This document shows positions 40,663 to 50,211 of a stretch of DNA of 64,000 nucleotides, piece by piece. Source of the DNA: Candidatus Latescibacterota bacterium (GTDB lineage Bacteria > Latescibacterota > UBA2968 > GCA-2709665); assembly GCA_965248435.1 (NCBI GenBank), contig OZ252100.1, positions 3,936,001 to 4,000,000 on the forward strand, in the 5' to 3' direction. The notes below the pieces were generated by a model, which ran no database searches, had not been told where the DNA came from, and worked only from the letters and a program-made list of their open reading frames with translations. The translations under genes and the position numbers were made by a program. Every line of letters starts with the position of its first letter. Position 1 is the first letter of the stretch.

Positions 40663-41984
40663 GGTTCTTCGTCAAATGTTGGGGTAGAAAATAGACGAGA
40701 CAACGGCATCCGACCTATCTTCAGAGTATCCTCTATAAACCTGAAGGTAGAAAGGAGAGCGCGTTGTCTCAGGTGCAAAGTATATCCTTACTGGGTAGGT
40801 GGCAAGGGTTTGTGGTAGTTGGCATTCAACGTCAGGAAGCAGACGTTGTTGGAGTCGAGTTACGTCCCAAGACAGGCCGCCTTCCTCGGTGTGGTGGTTG
40901 CGGGAAGAAGGCGTACCGGGTTCATGATTGGGCAGTGCGATTTGCTCAGGATTTGCCGATCTGGGGGTCTCGAACCAGGCTGATCGTGCACTCCCGGCGC
41001 GTCCTATGTCCCCGATGTGGCTGCCGGACGGAGCAGATTGACTGGCTGGATCGGTATTCACGGGTCACTCAACGCCTGGCTGAAAGTGTTGTTCGATTGT
41101 GCGAAGTCCTGCCCATCCAGCACGTGGCACAGCACTATGGGATGAGCTGGAATACCGTGAAGCGCATTCACAAGACCCATCTCCAGCAAGAGCTGGAACC
41201 GCCGGATTTTGCCAGGGTCACGGTGATCGGCATGGACGAATTTGCGATCCAAAAGGGCCATCGCTACGCCACAGTGATTGTTGACATGGAGACCAAGCGT
41301 GTCCTATGGGTGGGTCGCGGCCGAAGTCGAGAGGACATCCGCCCGTTTTTCCACCTCCTTGGAGAAGAAGGCTGCAAGCAACTTGAGGCCGTGGCGATGG
41401 ACATGAACGGTGCCTACGAAGAGGAGGTGCGATCCCATTGTCCGGATGTGGACATCATCTATGACCTGTATCACGTTAAAGCCAAGTACAACCGCGACGT
41501 CGTCGAGCGAGTACGCATCGACGAACTGGGTCGGGTGCGCGGTGGCCGACCCGATCGCAAAGTGACTCAGAACCAACGGTGGTTGCTCCTGCGCAGCAAA
41601 GCAAATGTCACGAGCAAAGAAGACAGAGTGTCGCTAAGAGAATTGCTTTCTGCAAACAAACGCCTCTACACGGTATACCTCCTCAAAGAGGATCTCAATC
41701 ATCTCTGGTCTTATCGATCCAGAGCTGCGGCCAACAGATTCTGGAATCAGTGGTATCGACGCGCCATCTACAGCAAGATCGAGCCACTCAAGAAATTCGC
41801 ACGCAATCTGAAGACGTATATGCCAGGAATCCTAGCTCACTGTGACTATCCCATCGGGACAAGCCTGATTGAGGGAATTAACAACAAAATCAAGGTCATC
41901 AAGCGGATGGCATATGGCTTCAGGGATGATAATTATTTCTTTCTTAGAATCCGCCACGCCTTCCCCGGAAATCGGTGATGAACC
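40663..41984 (+). mobile_element. ISL3-family insertion sequence, complete (1322 bp)
   Basis: Ends GGTTCTTCGTCAAATGTTGGGG and CCCCGGAAATCGGTGATGAACC; 8-bp TSD TTGTTAAA (40655-40662, 41985-41992). Confidence 0.96.
40764..41978 (+). CDS. ISL3 transposase
   Basis: Zn finger CGGCG...CPRCG; IGMDEF, VAMDM, DLYHV and EGINNKIK. Confidence 0.97.
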   Translation: MSQVQSISLLGRWQGFVVVGIQRQEADVVGVELRPKTGRLPRCGGCGKKAYRVHDWAVRFAQDLPIWGSRTRLIVHSRRVLCPRCGCRTEQIDWLDRYSRVTQRLAESVVRLCEVLPIQHVAQHYGMSWNTVKRIHKTHLQQELEPPDFARVTVIGMDEFAIQKGHRYATVIVDMETKRVLWVGRGRSREDIRPFFHLLGEEGCKQLEAVAMDMNGAYEEEVRSHCPDVDIIYDLYHVKAKYNRDVVERVRIDELGRVRGGRPDRKVTQNQRWLLLRSKANVTSKEDRVSLRELLSANKRLYTVYLLKEDLNHLWSYRSRAAANRFWNQWYRRAIYSKIEPLKKFARNLKTYMPGILAHCDYPIGTSLIEGINNKIKVIKRMAYGFRDDNYFFLRIRHAFPGNR

Positions 41985-42147
41985 TTGTTAAAGGGGGATT
42001 GAGGGGGATTTCAAGATGCATCACTGCAGTGATGGTTAGGCGCGATATTTTTTGCGAGTTTCACAGACAGCATGCAACTTCAAGGTGGATTGTTCTTATT
42101 CGCCCCAAATGAGAAGAATCGCTTAATTTACGATCCAATATCGAATA

Positions 42148-43202
42148 GCTGGATTCAATGACTAAGTGCAACACTTGGACTTGAAGACTTCAGCTGGTGT
42201 TTTGAAGTTAAGACATTTTCTTGGTCGGTTGTTGATCCGGTTCTGAATTTTCTTTAACTCGTGTTTGCTGACCTTTGAGAAGTCTGTCTTCTTGGGGAGG
42301 TATCTGCGGACCAGACCGATAGCGTTTTCCACAGCGCCTCGCTCCCAGCTGTGGAACGGTTTGCAGAAATAGGATTTGGTGCCAAGCACCTCGTTGACCC
42401 GTTGATGTTGGCCGTTTTCGGATCCGTTGTCATATGTGATGCTCTTCCTCATGTGGGGAGGATGTCGCCCAAGGCGTCGATTAATCGCTTCGGCGACCTC
42501 CGAGGGTCCGTTCTTTGCCAGCTTAGCCAGGTGTAGGTATCTCGACGATCGCTCAAGACAAGCGCCAACGGCCTGTTTGCTCTCACGAGAGATGATGGTG
42601 TCGGATTCCCAGTGGCCAGGTTGTTTCCGTTTTTCGATGTAACGGGGACGTCGATCGATCGAAATACGGCCTGGAATGTGGCTTTCCCGGTGTTTTCGGG
42701 TATGCCACCGCGGCTTTCGTTTTTTGTGAGCTCGGGATAAGCAAGCAACCAGATCCCGCTGCTTGTGCACCTTTGGATCGTAGATATACTGGTAGATGGC
42801 TTCGTGGCTGATACCCGCGCTCGGACGCTCCTCGGGAAGCCTCCCAGCGATCAACTCGGGAGACCATCCTTGCTTGAGTTTGGTCTCGACATATCGCCGG
42901 ATAACCGGATTCTTCAGCCGTTTCCGCTTGCCGGCCTCCCGCTTACGTTTCTCAGCCCTTCTGTGAGCCTGGAGGCCCGAGTAACTCTCAGCTATCGGGG
43001 ACGGATTACGTTTCAACTCTCTTGAAATCGTGCTGGCGCTCCGGTCAAGGGCCTTGGCAATATCTCTAAGGCTTGCACCAGTGGCTCGACAAAGCGCAAT
43101 CTGCTCGCGTTCGTCTATCGTAAGATGCTTGTAATTGTTTCCCATACACTTAGGATAGGACAGTTGCTACCCTAAGTGTTGCACTTCCTTATTGAACTCG
43201 GG
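42148..43202 (-). mobile_element. IS30 copy 3 (1055 bp, intact)
   Basis: Same IRs; TSD ATA (42145-42147, 43203-43205). Confidence 0.95.
42162..43145 (-). CDS. IS30-family transposase
   Basis: Protein identical to 612..1595. Confidence 0.97.
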   Translation of the reverse strand: MGNNYKHLTIDEREQIALCRATGASLRDIAKALDRSASTISRELKRNPSPIAESYSGLQAHRRAEKRKREAGKRKRLKNPVIRRYVETKLKQGWSPELIAGRLPEERPSAGISHEAIYQYIYDPKVHKQRDLVACLSRAHKKRKPRWHTRKHRESHIPGRISIDRRPRYIEKRKQPGHWESDTIISRESKQAVGACLERSSRYLHLAKLAKNGPSEVAEAINRRLGRHPPHMRKSITYDNGSENGQHQRVNEVLGTKSYFCKPFHSWERGAVENAIGLVRRYLPKKTDFSKVSKHELKKIQNRINNRPRKCLNFKTPAEVFKSKCCT

Positions 43203-43244
43203 ATATCGAATGATCAAGGGCGATGAGAAAGGCAAGGACAGTTC

Positions 43245-44042
43245 ATGGAGAAAGAACTGCTGCACATGGAGGTCAACGGCTGGTGCATCCTCGAAGGTGT
43301 GATCCCACGAGATGACGTGGCCGCCGTGCGCCGGAGCGTCGAGGAAACCATCGCCCGGCACGGCCGGTCCGACGCGCCGGAGAACCTCGGCCACCTTCGC
43401 TCGATCATCAATTACGACCAGTCGTTTGCGCCCTACCTGGCCGACGAGCGCCTCCTCGGCATCGCGAGCGCCCTGCTCGGCCAGCACGTCCGGATCTCCT
43501 TCACAACCGCGATGGTCAACGGCCCCGGTGTAAAGCGGGGCGGCTGGCACGCCGACTGGCCCTTCAATCAGAAGAACGCGGGGCACATCCCCGCGCCCTA
43601 TCCCGACGCCGTGATGCACCTGACCACCCTCTGGATGCTTTCGGATTTCACCGGAGAAAACGGCGGCACTTTCATCCTGCCCGGCAGCCATCGCTCAGCA
43701 AACAACCCGACAGGAAACAACGGCGTCGACCCTGAGGCCTCCCTGCCGGGCGAGTTCCAGGTCACGGGGAATGCCGGTAGCATACTGGTCATGGACAGCC
43801 GGCTGTGGCACGCCATCGCCCCGAACACCTCAGACCGTCCACGCGTCGGTATGGCGATCCGGTATGCCCCCTGGTGGCTCAACCTGGACGTGCTATTACA
43901 CGGCTCGGACGAGCGGGCCCGGATGGTGGACGAACCGGGAGAGAAGGAAAACCTCAACTTTCCCGTGTCTCAGGAAGTCTTTGAAACTCTGCCCGACAAG
44001 GTGAAACCCCTATACCGACATTGTGTTGAAAGGAAGGATTGA
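43245..44042 (+). CDS. Phytanoyl-CoA dioxygenase (PhyH)-family Fe(II)/2OG oxygenase
   Basis: WHADW, NGGTFILPGSH and RLWH...PNTSDRPR. Confidence 0.92.
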   Translation: MEKELLHMEVNGWCILEGVIPRDDVAAVRRSVEETIARHGRSDAPENLGHLRSIINYDQSFAPYLADERLLGIASALLGQHVRISFTTAMVNGPGVKRGGWHADWPFNQKNAGHIPAPYPDAVMHLTTLWMLSDFTGENGGTFILPGSHRSANNPTGNNGVDPEASLPGEFQVTGNAGSILVMDSRLWHAIAPNTSDRPRVGMAIRYAPWWLNLDVLLHGSDERARMVDEPGEKENLNFPVSQEVFETLPDKVKPLYRHCVERKD

Positions 44043-44043
44043 G

Positions 44044-45585
44044 ATGGATGGCGTCATCGACATCGGAAACCAGAAGCAGCTGTTCATCGACGACAAATGG
44101 TTCGCCTCCCAACGGGGCATGACCCTCACGGCCAACCCGCCCGTCAAAGCGGAACGGGTGCTTCGTTCGGAGAGACCGTGGGAGGTCCAGAGCATCTCCA
44201 CTGCCACCGTCCTTGAAGACGGCGGCGTCTACAAGATGTGGTACCGCTGCTCGGGCCCGGGCAGCAAGCAGACGGCCCCGCACGCCTGGACGATGATCTG
44301 CTACGCCGTGAGTGAGGACGGGCTCCACTGGGAACGGCAGAACGTCAACCTGTTCGAGTGGGAGGGGATCGCAGAGAACAACATCCTGATGCCGGGCGCG
44401 CACGGGGGCGTCACGATCGACCCGAACGGCCCGGACGAACACCGCTACAAGGCTTTGATCCGCGTCGTGGAAAACGACGTCTGGCCGGGCTCCAAGGGCG
44501 CGGTCTTCACCCTGCACGAGGGCAAGATGTGGTCCGAGCTCTACCTTGCCACGAGCCCGGACGGCATCCGCTGGCAGCGCCAGGAGCCCTCCGCGCTCCC
44601 GTTCTTTCACGACACGAACAACCAGCTCTTCTTCGACACGCGCCTGGGCAAATACGTCGCCTATGTCCGCACGCAGGCCAGGAAGCGGACGGTCGGCCGC
44701 GTCGAATTCGACGACCCGATGGACCTGCCCTGGCCGTATCGCGACAACCCCGACGCCCCGCGCGGTCCGGGACGCTCCCGCAGGGCGGCCGGCGGGGAGA
44801 TCCCGGTCGCCATCACTTGCGACGAGTCCGACCCGCCCGACACCGACCTCTACACCCCCTGCGTGCATCCATACCCATGGGCGGCGGACGCCTACTTCGC
44901 CTTCCCCTCGCCCTACCGGCACTACCCCGTCGGCGAGGTCTCCCTGAAACCGGGCAATCCGCCCGACCCGACGCTGAAGGGCCCCCTGGGAGACGAGCGG
45001 GGCGTCTACAGCAACTCCGGCCCGGTCGAGGTGCAGATGGCGGTCAGCCGGGATGGGATCGTGTTCTCCCGCCCCGACCGCCGCCCCTACGTTCCTCTCG
45101 GCCTGGTCGGGTCCTGGGACGGCGGCCAGACCTTCATGGGGCTCGGTATGATCCGAAAGGGAGATGAAATCTGGCAGTATTACCACGGCACAAAACGCCT
45201 CCACGGGGTGAAGGACAACCGCTCCGCGGACGGTGATGGTAGCATCTTCCGCCTCGTCCAGCGCCTGGACGGGTTCGTCTCCGCCGATGCCGACTACACG
45301 GGCGCGGAGTTCACCACGCCTCTGTTGGAGTTCTCCGGTTCCCACCTGCAACTGAACGCCGACTGCTCGGCGATGGGCGAGATCTGGGTCGAGATCCGGG
45401 ACGATCGGAATGTCCCGGTACCGGGCTACACGATGGAGGACACGATCAGCGTGGAACGCAACCAGACGGCTGCGCCCGTCGTCTGGCGGGAACGGGAGGA
45501 CGTCGCCGAACTGGTCGGCCGTCCCGTGCGCTTGCATTTCAAGCTGCGCGCGTGTAAGCTCTACGCGTTTCAATTTGCGGGGTAG
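44044..45585 (+). CDS. Beta-propeller hydrolase-like protein, paralog B1
   Basis: QLFIDD, RPWE, YKMWY, SEDGLHW, SPDGIRW, SRDGIVF and RLDGFVS. Confidence 0.75.
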   Translation: MDGVIDIGNQKQLFIDDKWFASQRGMTLTANPPVKAERVLRSERPWEVQSISTATVLEDGGVYKMWYRCSGPGSKQTAPHAWTMICYAVSEDGLHWERQNVNLFEWEGIAENNILMPGAHGGVTIDPNGPDEHRYKALIRVVENDVWPGSKGAVFTLHEGKMWSELYLATSPDGIRWQRQEPSALPFFHDTNNQLFFDTRLGKYVAYVRTQARKRTVGRVEFDDPMDLPWPYRDNPDAPRGPGRSRRAAGGEIPVAITCDESDPPDTDLYTPCVHPYPWAADAYFAFPSPYRHYPVGEVSLKPGNPPDPTLKGPLGDERGVYSNSGPVEVQMAVSRDGIVFSRPDRRPYVPLGLVGSWDGGQTFMGLGMIRKGDEIWQYYHGTKRLHGVKDNRSADGDGSIFRLVQRLDGFVSADADYTGAEFTTPLLEFSGSHLQLNADCSAMGEIWVEIRDDRNVPVPGYTMEDTISVERNQTAAPVVWREREDVAELVGRPVRLHFKLRACKLYAFQFAG

Positions 45586-45655
45586 AGACGAGCGCGCGTC
45601 CCAACATCCTGTTTATGATCGCGCACGATCATCTGCGTGGAAAGGAGGGATTGAG

Positions 45656-47206
45656 ATGGGTAGCGTTATCGACATCGGAAACCAGAAGCAGCTCTTCATC
45701 GACAACAAATGGTTCTCCTCCCAGCGGGGCATGACGCTCACGGCCAACCCGCCCGTGAAGGCCGAACGCGTCTTCGTTCCGGAGAAGCCGTGGGAGTCCT
45801 CGAGAATCTCTCTCTCACCCACGATTCTCGAGGACGGTGGCATTTACAAGATGTGGTACCGCTGCTCGGGCCCGGGCAGCAAGGAGACGTCCCCGCACGG
45901 CTGGTCGATGATCTGCTACGCCGTGAGTGATGACGGGATCCACTGGGAGCGGCAGAACGTCAACCTGTTCGAGTGGGAGGGGATCGCAGAGAACAACATC
46001 CTGATGCCAGGCGCGCACGGGGGCGTCACGATCGACCCGAACGGCCCGGACGAACACAGATACAAGGCTTTGATCCGCGTCGTGGAAAACGACGTCTGGC
46101 CGGGCTCCAAGGGCGCGGTCTTCACCCGGCGCGAGGGGTGGGGGTGGTCGGAGCTCTATCTTGCCACGAGCCCGGACGGCATTCACTGGACGCGCCAGGA
46201 GCCCTCCGCGCTCCCGTTCTTTCACGACACGCACAACCACTTCTTCTTCGACGCCCGCCTGGACAAATACGTCGCCTATGTCCGCACGCACGCCAGGAAG
46301 CGGACCGTTGGCCGCGTCGAATTCGACGACCCGATGGACCTGCCCTGGCCCTATCACGACAACCCCGACGCCCCGCGCGGTCCCGGCCGCACCCGCAGGG
46401 AGGCCGGCGGCGAAATCCCGATCGCGCTTACCTGCGACGAGTCCGACCCGCCCGACACCGACCTCTACACCCCCTTCGTGCATCTATACCCCTGGGCGGC
46501 GGACGCCTATTTCGCATTTCCCTCCCCCTACCGGCACTACCCCGTCGGCGAGGTCTCCCTGAAGCCGGGCGATCCGCCAGACCCGACGCTGAAGGGCCCT
46601 TTGGGCGATGAGCGGGGCGTCTACAGCAACTCCGGCCCGGTGGAGGTGCACATGGCAGTCAGCCGGGACGGGATCGTGTTCTCCCGCCCCGACCGCCGAC
46701 CCTATGTTCCCCTCGGTTTGGTTGGCTCTTGGGATGCTGGCCAGACTTATATGGGACTCGGCATGATCCGGAAAGGGGACGAAATCTGGCAGTATTATCT
46801 TGCCATGGATCACGTTCACGGCCTGTTCGACAGGAACTCTGCGGACAGGGCTGGAGGCATCTGCCGCCTCGTCCAGCGCCTGGACGGGTTCATTTCCGCC
46901 GACGCGGACTACACCGGCGCGGAGTTCACCACTCCGCTCTTGGAGTTCTCCGGTTCCCACCTGCAACTGAACGCCGACTGCTCGGCGATGGGGGAGATCT
47001 GGGTGGAGATCCGGGACGATCGAAACGTCCCGGTGCCAGGCTACACGATGGAAGACTCAGTCAGCGTTGAGCGCAACCAGACGGCCGCACCCGTCGTCTG
47101 GCGGGAGCGGGAGGACGTAGCAGAACTGGTCGGCCGTCCCGTACGCCTGCATTTTAAGCTCCGGGCCTCCAAACTCTACGCGTTTCACTTTGCGGAGAAG
47201 AGATGA
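45656..47206 (+). CDS. Beta-propeller hydrolase-like protein, paralog B2
   Basis: Tandem near-duplicate of B1; RBS AGGAGG. Confidence 0.75.
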   Translation: MGSVIDIGNQKQLFIDNKWFSSQRGMTLTANPPVKAERVFVPEKPWESSRISLSPTILEDGGIYKMWYRCSGPGSKETSPHGWSMICYAVSDDGIHWERQNVNLFEWEGIAENNILMPGAHGGVTIDPNGPDEHRYKALIRVVENDVWPGSKGAVFTRREGWGWSELYLATSPDGIHWTRQEPSALPFFHDTHNHFFFDARLDKYVAYVRTHARKRTVGRVEFDDPMDLPWPYHDNPDAPRGPGRTRREAGGEIPIALTCDESDPPDTDLYTPFVHLYPWAADAYFAFPSPYRHYPVGEVSLKPGDPPDPTLKGPLGDERGVYSNSGPVEVHMAVSRDGIVFSRPDRRPYVPLGLVGSWDAGQTYMGLGMIRKGDEIWQYYLAMDHVHGLFDRNSADRAGGICRLVQRLDGFISADADYTGAEFTTPLLEFSGSHLQLNADCSAMGEIWVEIRDDRNVPVPGYTMEDSVSVERNQTAAPVVWREREDVAELVGRPVRLHFKLRASKLYAFHFAEKR

Positions 47207-48564
47207 GTGCCCGTCCCAACATCCTGTTTGTCATTGCAGACGATCACCGTTTCAACGCGATCCGCGCCTTTGGGGATCCGACGGTCCAGACTCCGGTTCT
47301 GGACCGCCTTGCCGGAGACGGCGTGGCCTTCCGGAAGGCGCACATGATGGGCGGGCCTCTGGGGGCCGTGTGCGTCCCCAGCCGAGCCTGCCTGCACACG
47401 GGTGCGAACGTCTTCCGGGCCTCCTGCAGCCGCGAGGTCGATGACGACCAGAACGTCAAGATCCTCAATCCAGACCTGGCGCTCCTGCCTGAGGTCTTTC
47501 GTCAGGCTGGCTATCACACCTTTGCCACCGGCAAGTGGCACAACGACAAACAGAGCTTTGCGAGAGGGTTTTGCAGCGGGGGGCGCGTCTTCTTCGGCGG
47601 TATGAGCGACCACCTGAAAGTGCCCGTCCACGACTTCGACACAGAGGGCATCTACCCTGACGAAAGCATATACACAGGTGAAAAATTCTCGACCGAACTG
47701 TTCACCGACGCTGCGATTGAATTTCTCCAGGGGTACGATAAGAGCGATCCGTTCTTCTTATATCTGGCTTTTACCTCACCGCACGACCCGCGGATGGCCC
47801 CTGACGAATACGCCAAGCTCTACGACCCGGAGGCCATCCCCCTCCCCGAAAACTTCCTGCCCGAACACCCGTTCGACAACGGCGAGCTGAAGATCCGCGA
47901 CGAGGAACTCGCCCCCTTCCCCCGCAGCCCTGACGTGATCCGTCGGCACATCGCGGACTACTACGCGATGATCACCCATCACGACGCCCACATCGGCCAT
48001 CTGCTGGATACCCTGGAGGCGTCCGGTCGCGCCGACGACACGCTGATCGTTTATACCGCCGACCACGGCCTTGCGGTGGGCCAGCACGGCCTGATGGGGA
48101 AACAGAACATGTACGACCACAGCGTCCGCATCCCCCAGATCCTCCACGGTCCGGGCGTCCCTCAGGGCAAAGAGATCCACGCGCTCACCTACCTTTACGA
48201 CCTCTATCCCACCCTTTGCGAGCTGTCCGGGATCCCGATCCCGGACAGCGTCGAAGGCCACAGCCTGGTCCCCGTGCTGACCGGCGAGCGGGAACGCATC
48301 CGTGACAGTGTATGCTCCGTCTACAAGGACCTTCAGCGCATGGTCAGCGACGGCCGCTGGAAGCTGATTCGATACTACAGGTCCGGCGATGCGGGGACTG
48401 ACCGCATCCAGCTCTTCGACCTGGAATCGGACCCCTGGGAGACCCGGGACCTCTCGGAGGCGCCAAAACAGCAGGAACGCATCCGGGGACTTGCGGACAA
48501 GCTCGCCGCCTGGCAGGCAGAGGTCGACGACCCCCTGGCTGGACTCCAGATCATTCCCGATTGA
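47203..48564 (+). CDS. Sulfatase-like hydrolase
   Basis: RPNILFVIADDH, CVPSRACLHTG, GKWHN, SPHDP and ADHG..VGQHGLMGKQ; ATGA overlap with the upstream gene. Confidence 0.95.
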   Translation: MSARPNILFVIADDHRFNAIRAFGDPTVQTPVLDRLAGDGVAFRKAHMMGGPLGAVCVPSRACLHTGANVFRASCSREVDDDQNVKILNPDLALLPEVFRQAGYHTFATGKWHNDKQSFARGFCSGGRVFFGGMSDHLKVPVHDFDTEGIYPDESIYTGEKFSTELFTDAAIEFLQGYDKSDPFFLYLAFTSPHDPRMAPDEYAKLYDPEAIPLPENFLPEHPFDNGELKIRDEELAPFPRSPDVIRRHIADYYAMITHHDAHIGHLLDTLEASGRADDTLIVYTADHGLAVGQHGLMGKQNMYDHSVRIPQILHGPGVPQGKEIHALTYLYDLYPTLCELSGIPIPDSVEGHSLVPVLTGERERIRDSVCSVYKDLQRMVSDGRWKLIRYYRSGDAGTDRIQLFDLESDPWETRDLSEAPKQQERIRGLADKLAAWQAEVDDPLAGLQIIPD

Positions 48565-48637
48565 TCACGGCATTTCTGCTCTCTTCTCCAAAAAAGCCGT
48601 CTGACACGAGGACGGAATTGCGTATTTTGACCCCTAT

Positions 48638-50083
48638 ATGAATACAGACAGACCTAACATCATCCTCATCATGTGCGACGATCTCGGGTATGGAGATACC
48701 GGGTTCAACGGCAGCGAGGTGATCCGAACGCCTTGTCTGGACTCGATGCGGGTGGAGGGGGCCCGCTTTACCCGGTTTTACGCCGGGGGTCCGGTCTGCT
48801 CCCCCACACGCGGCACGTGCCTGACCGGACGCCATTATTCGAGGTACGGGGTGACACACGCAAACGCGGGCCGTCTGCCGACACAGGAGATCGGCCTGGC
48901 TCGCGTGTGCAAGGACCGGGGCTATGAAACGGGACATTTCGGAAAGTGGCATTTAGGCACCCTGACCACTCGCGAACGGGACAGCAACAGAGGGAGTCCT
49001 CAGAATCGGAACGAATTTTCGCCCCCGTGGATTCACGGATTCGACCGATGCTTCTCGTCTGAGGCCAAGGTGCCGACGTGGGATCCCATGATCACGCCAG
49101 ATGAGAGGGGACCCAGCGGTTACGTGTGGGGTAGCCCCGGCTCGCCCTTCGGGACGGCCTACTGGAACGAGGAAGGTGAAAAGGTGTCCGACAATCTCGA
49201 AGGAGACGATTCACGCGTTATCGTGGATCGAGCGGATCCGTTCATCCGGGACTGCGTCCGCAAGGGCGTGCCGTTCCTGGCGGTGGTGTGGTTCCACACG
49301 CCCCACGCCCCCGTGGTCGCCGGGCCACAGTATCGCGAGATCTACTCTCAGTTTTCCGAGGACGAGCAGCACTACTACGGTTGTGTTACCGCAATGGATG
49401 AGCAGGTTGGCCGCGTGAACGGCCTTGTGAAGGAACTGGGCGTGGAAGGTAACACCGCGATCTTGTTCTGTTCCGACAACGGCCCGGAAGGTTCCGAGGA
49501 CCTCGCCAGGAACGGCAGGGACCGCGGTTCTACGCGGGGGCTGCGGGGGCGAAAGCGGAGCCTGTTCAACGGCGGCGTGGGCGTTCCGGCGCTTGTGAAA
49601 TGGCCCAAGTACGTGAACCCGGGCGCGGAATACAAGACGGCGTGCAGCACCCTGGACTATTTCCCCACGATTGCCGAGGAACTGGGCTACAGCATGCCTG
49701 ACGACCGGCCGCTCGACGGGGTGAGTCTGCTGCCGCTGCTTCGGAACGAAATGGAAGAGAGACCCTCCGCAATCCCGTACCGGTTTCTCGAGGGAAAGAA
49801 TGCGATGTTCGGTTCCCCCACGCTGGCGCTGATGGGCAATCGCTACAAGTATCTGACGAACCTGTCTGAAGACGGGGCCGAGGACATGATGTTCGACATC
49901 CTCGAAGATCCATTCGAGACGACCAACCTGATCCACGAGCAAAAGGAAACCGCCGAACAGATGAGGGCGCAGCTCGAAGCGTTTATGGCCTCGTGCAGGC
50001 AGAGCCACTTCGGCGCGGATTATTCAGAACCCTACGAGCCCGTGAACGATTTCCAGGAAACCACGGGGACGTGGCTGAGGTAG
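48638..50083 (+). CDS. Sulfatase (N-acetylgalactosamine-6-sulfatase-like)
   Basis: RPNIILIMCDDLGYGD, CSPTRGTCLTG, GKWHLG, TPHAP and SDNGP. Confidence 0.93.
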   Translation: MNTDRPNIILIMCDDLGYGDTGFNGSEVIRTPCLDSMRVEGARFTRFYAGGPVCSPTRGTCLTGRHYSRYGVTHANAGRLPTQEIGLARVCKDRGYETGHFGKWHLGTLTTRERDSNRGSPQNRNEFSPPWIHGFDRCFSSEAKVPTWDPMITPDERGPSGYVWGSPGSPFGTAYWNEEGEKVSDNLEGDDSRVIVDRADPFIRDCVRKGVPFLAVVWFHTPHAPVVAGPQYREIYSQFSEDEQHYYGCVTAMDEQVGRVNGLVKELGVEGNTAILFCSDNGPEGSEDLARNGRDRGSTRGLRGRKRSLFNGGVGVPALVKWPKYVNPGAEYKTACSTLDYFPTIAEELGYSMPDDRPLDGVSLLPLLRNEMEERPSAIPYRFLEGKNAMFGSPTLALMGNRYKYLTNLSEDGAEDMMFDILEDPFETTNLIHEQKETAEQMRAQLEAFMASCRQSHFGADYSEPYEPVNDFQETTGTWLR

Positions 50084-50211
50084 ACCGGGAAGGCAGAAGA
50101 CGGGTACCGGGAAATCGTAGATCGTCGATCGCAGAATCAAAGCACGGTGCTCTCGTCCTGAAAAAGTGGATGAATTGCGGATTTCGGATTGCGAAACTCG
50201 GAGAAAGTAGC

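Larger units (their letters stand above)
40556..42028. repeat. REP-like family 1 copy hosting the full ISL3
   Basis: TTGACATTGAAATAAATCCCCCC... at left and GGGGGATTGAGGGGGATTTCAAGATGCATCACTGCA at right. Confidence 0.8.

Noticed and set aside
1-41984. 40-kb composite transposon bounded by the two direct ISL3 copies
   Set aside because: Copy 2 has its own intact TSD on both sides, indicating an independent insertion.
34822-43202. Composite transposon bounded by IS30 copies 2 and 3
   Set aside because: Each copy has its own 3-bp TSD (TAT; ATA).
33306-47206. Diversity-generating retroelement explaining the variable paralogs
   Set aside because: No reverse transcriptase or TR/VR pair; differences are not adenine-specific.
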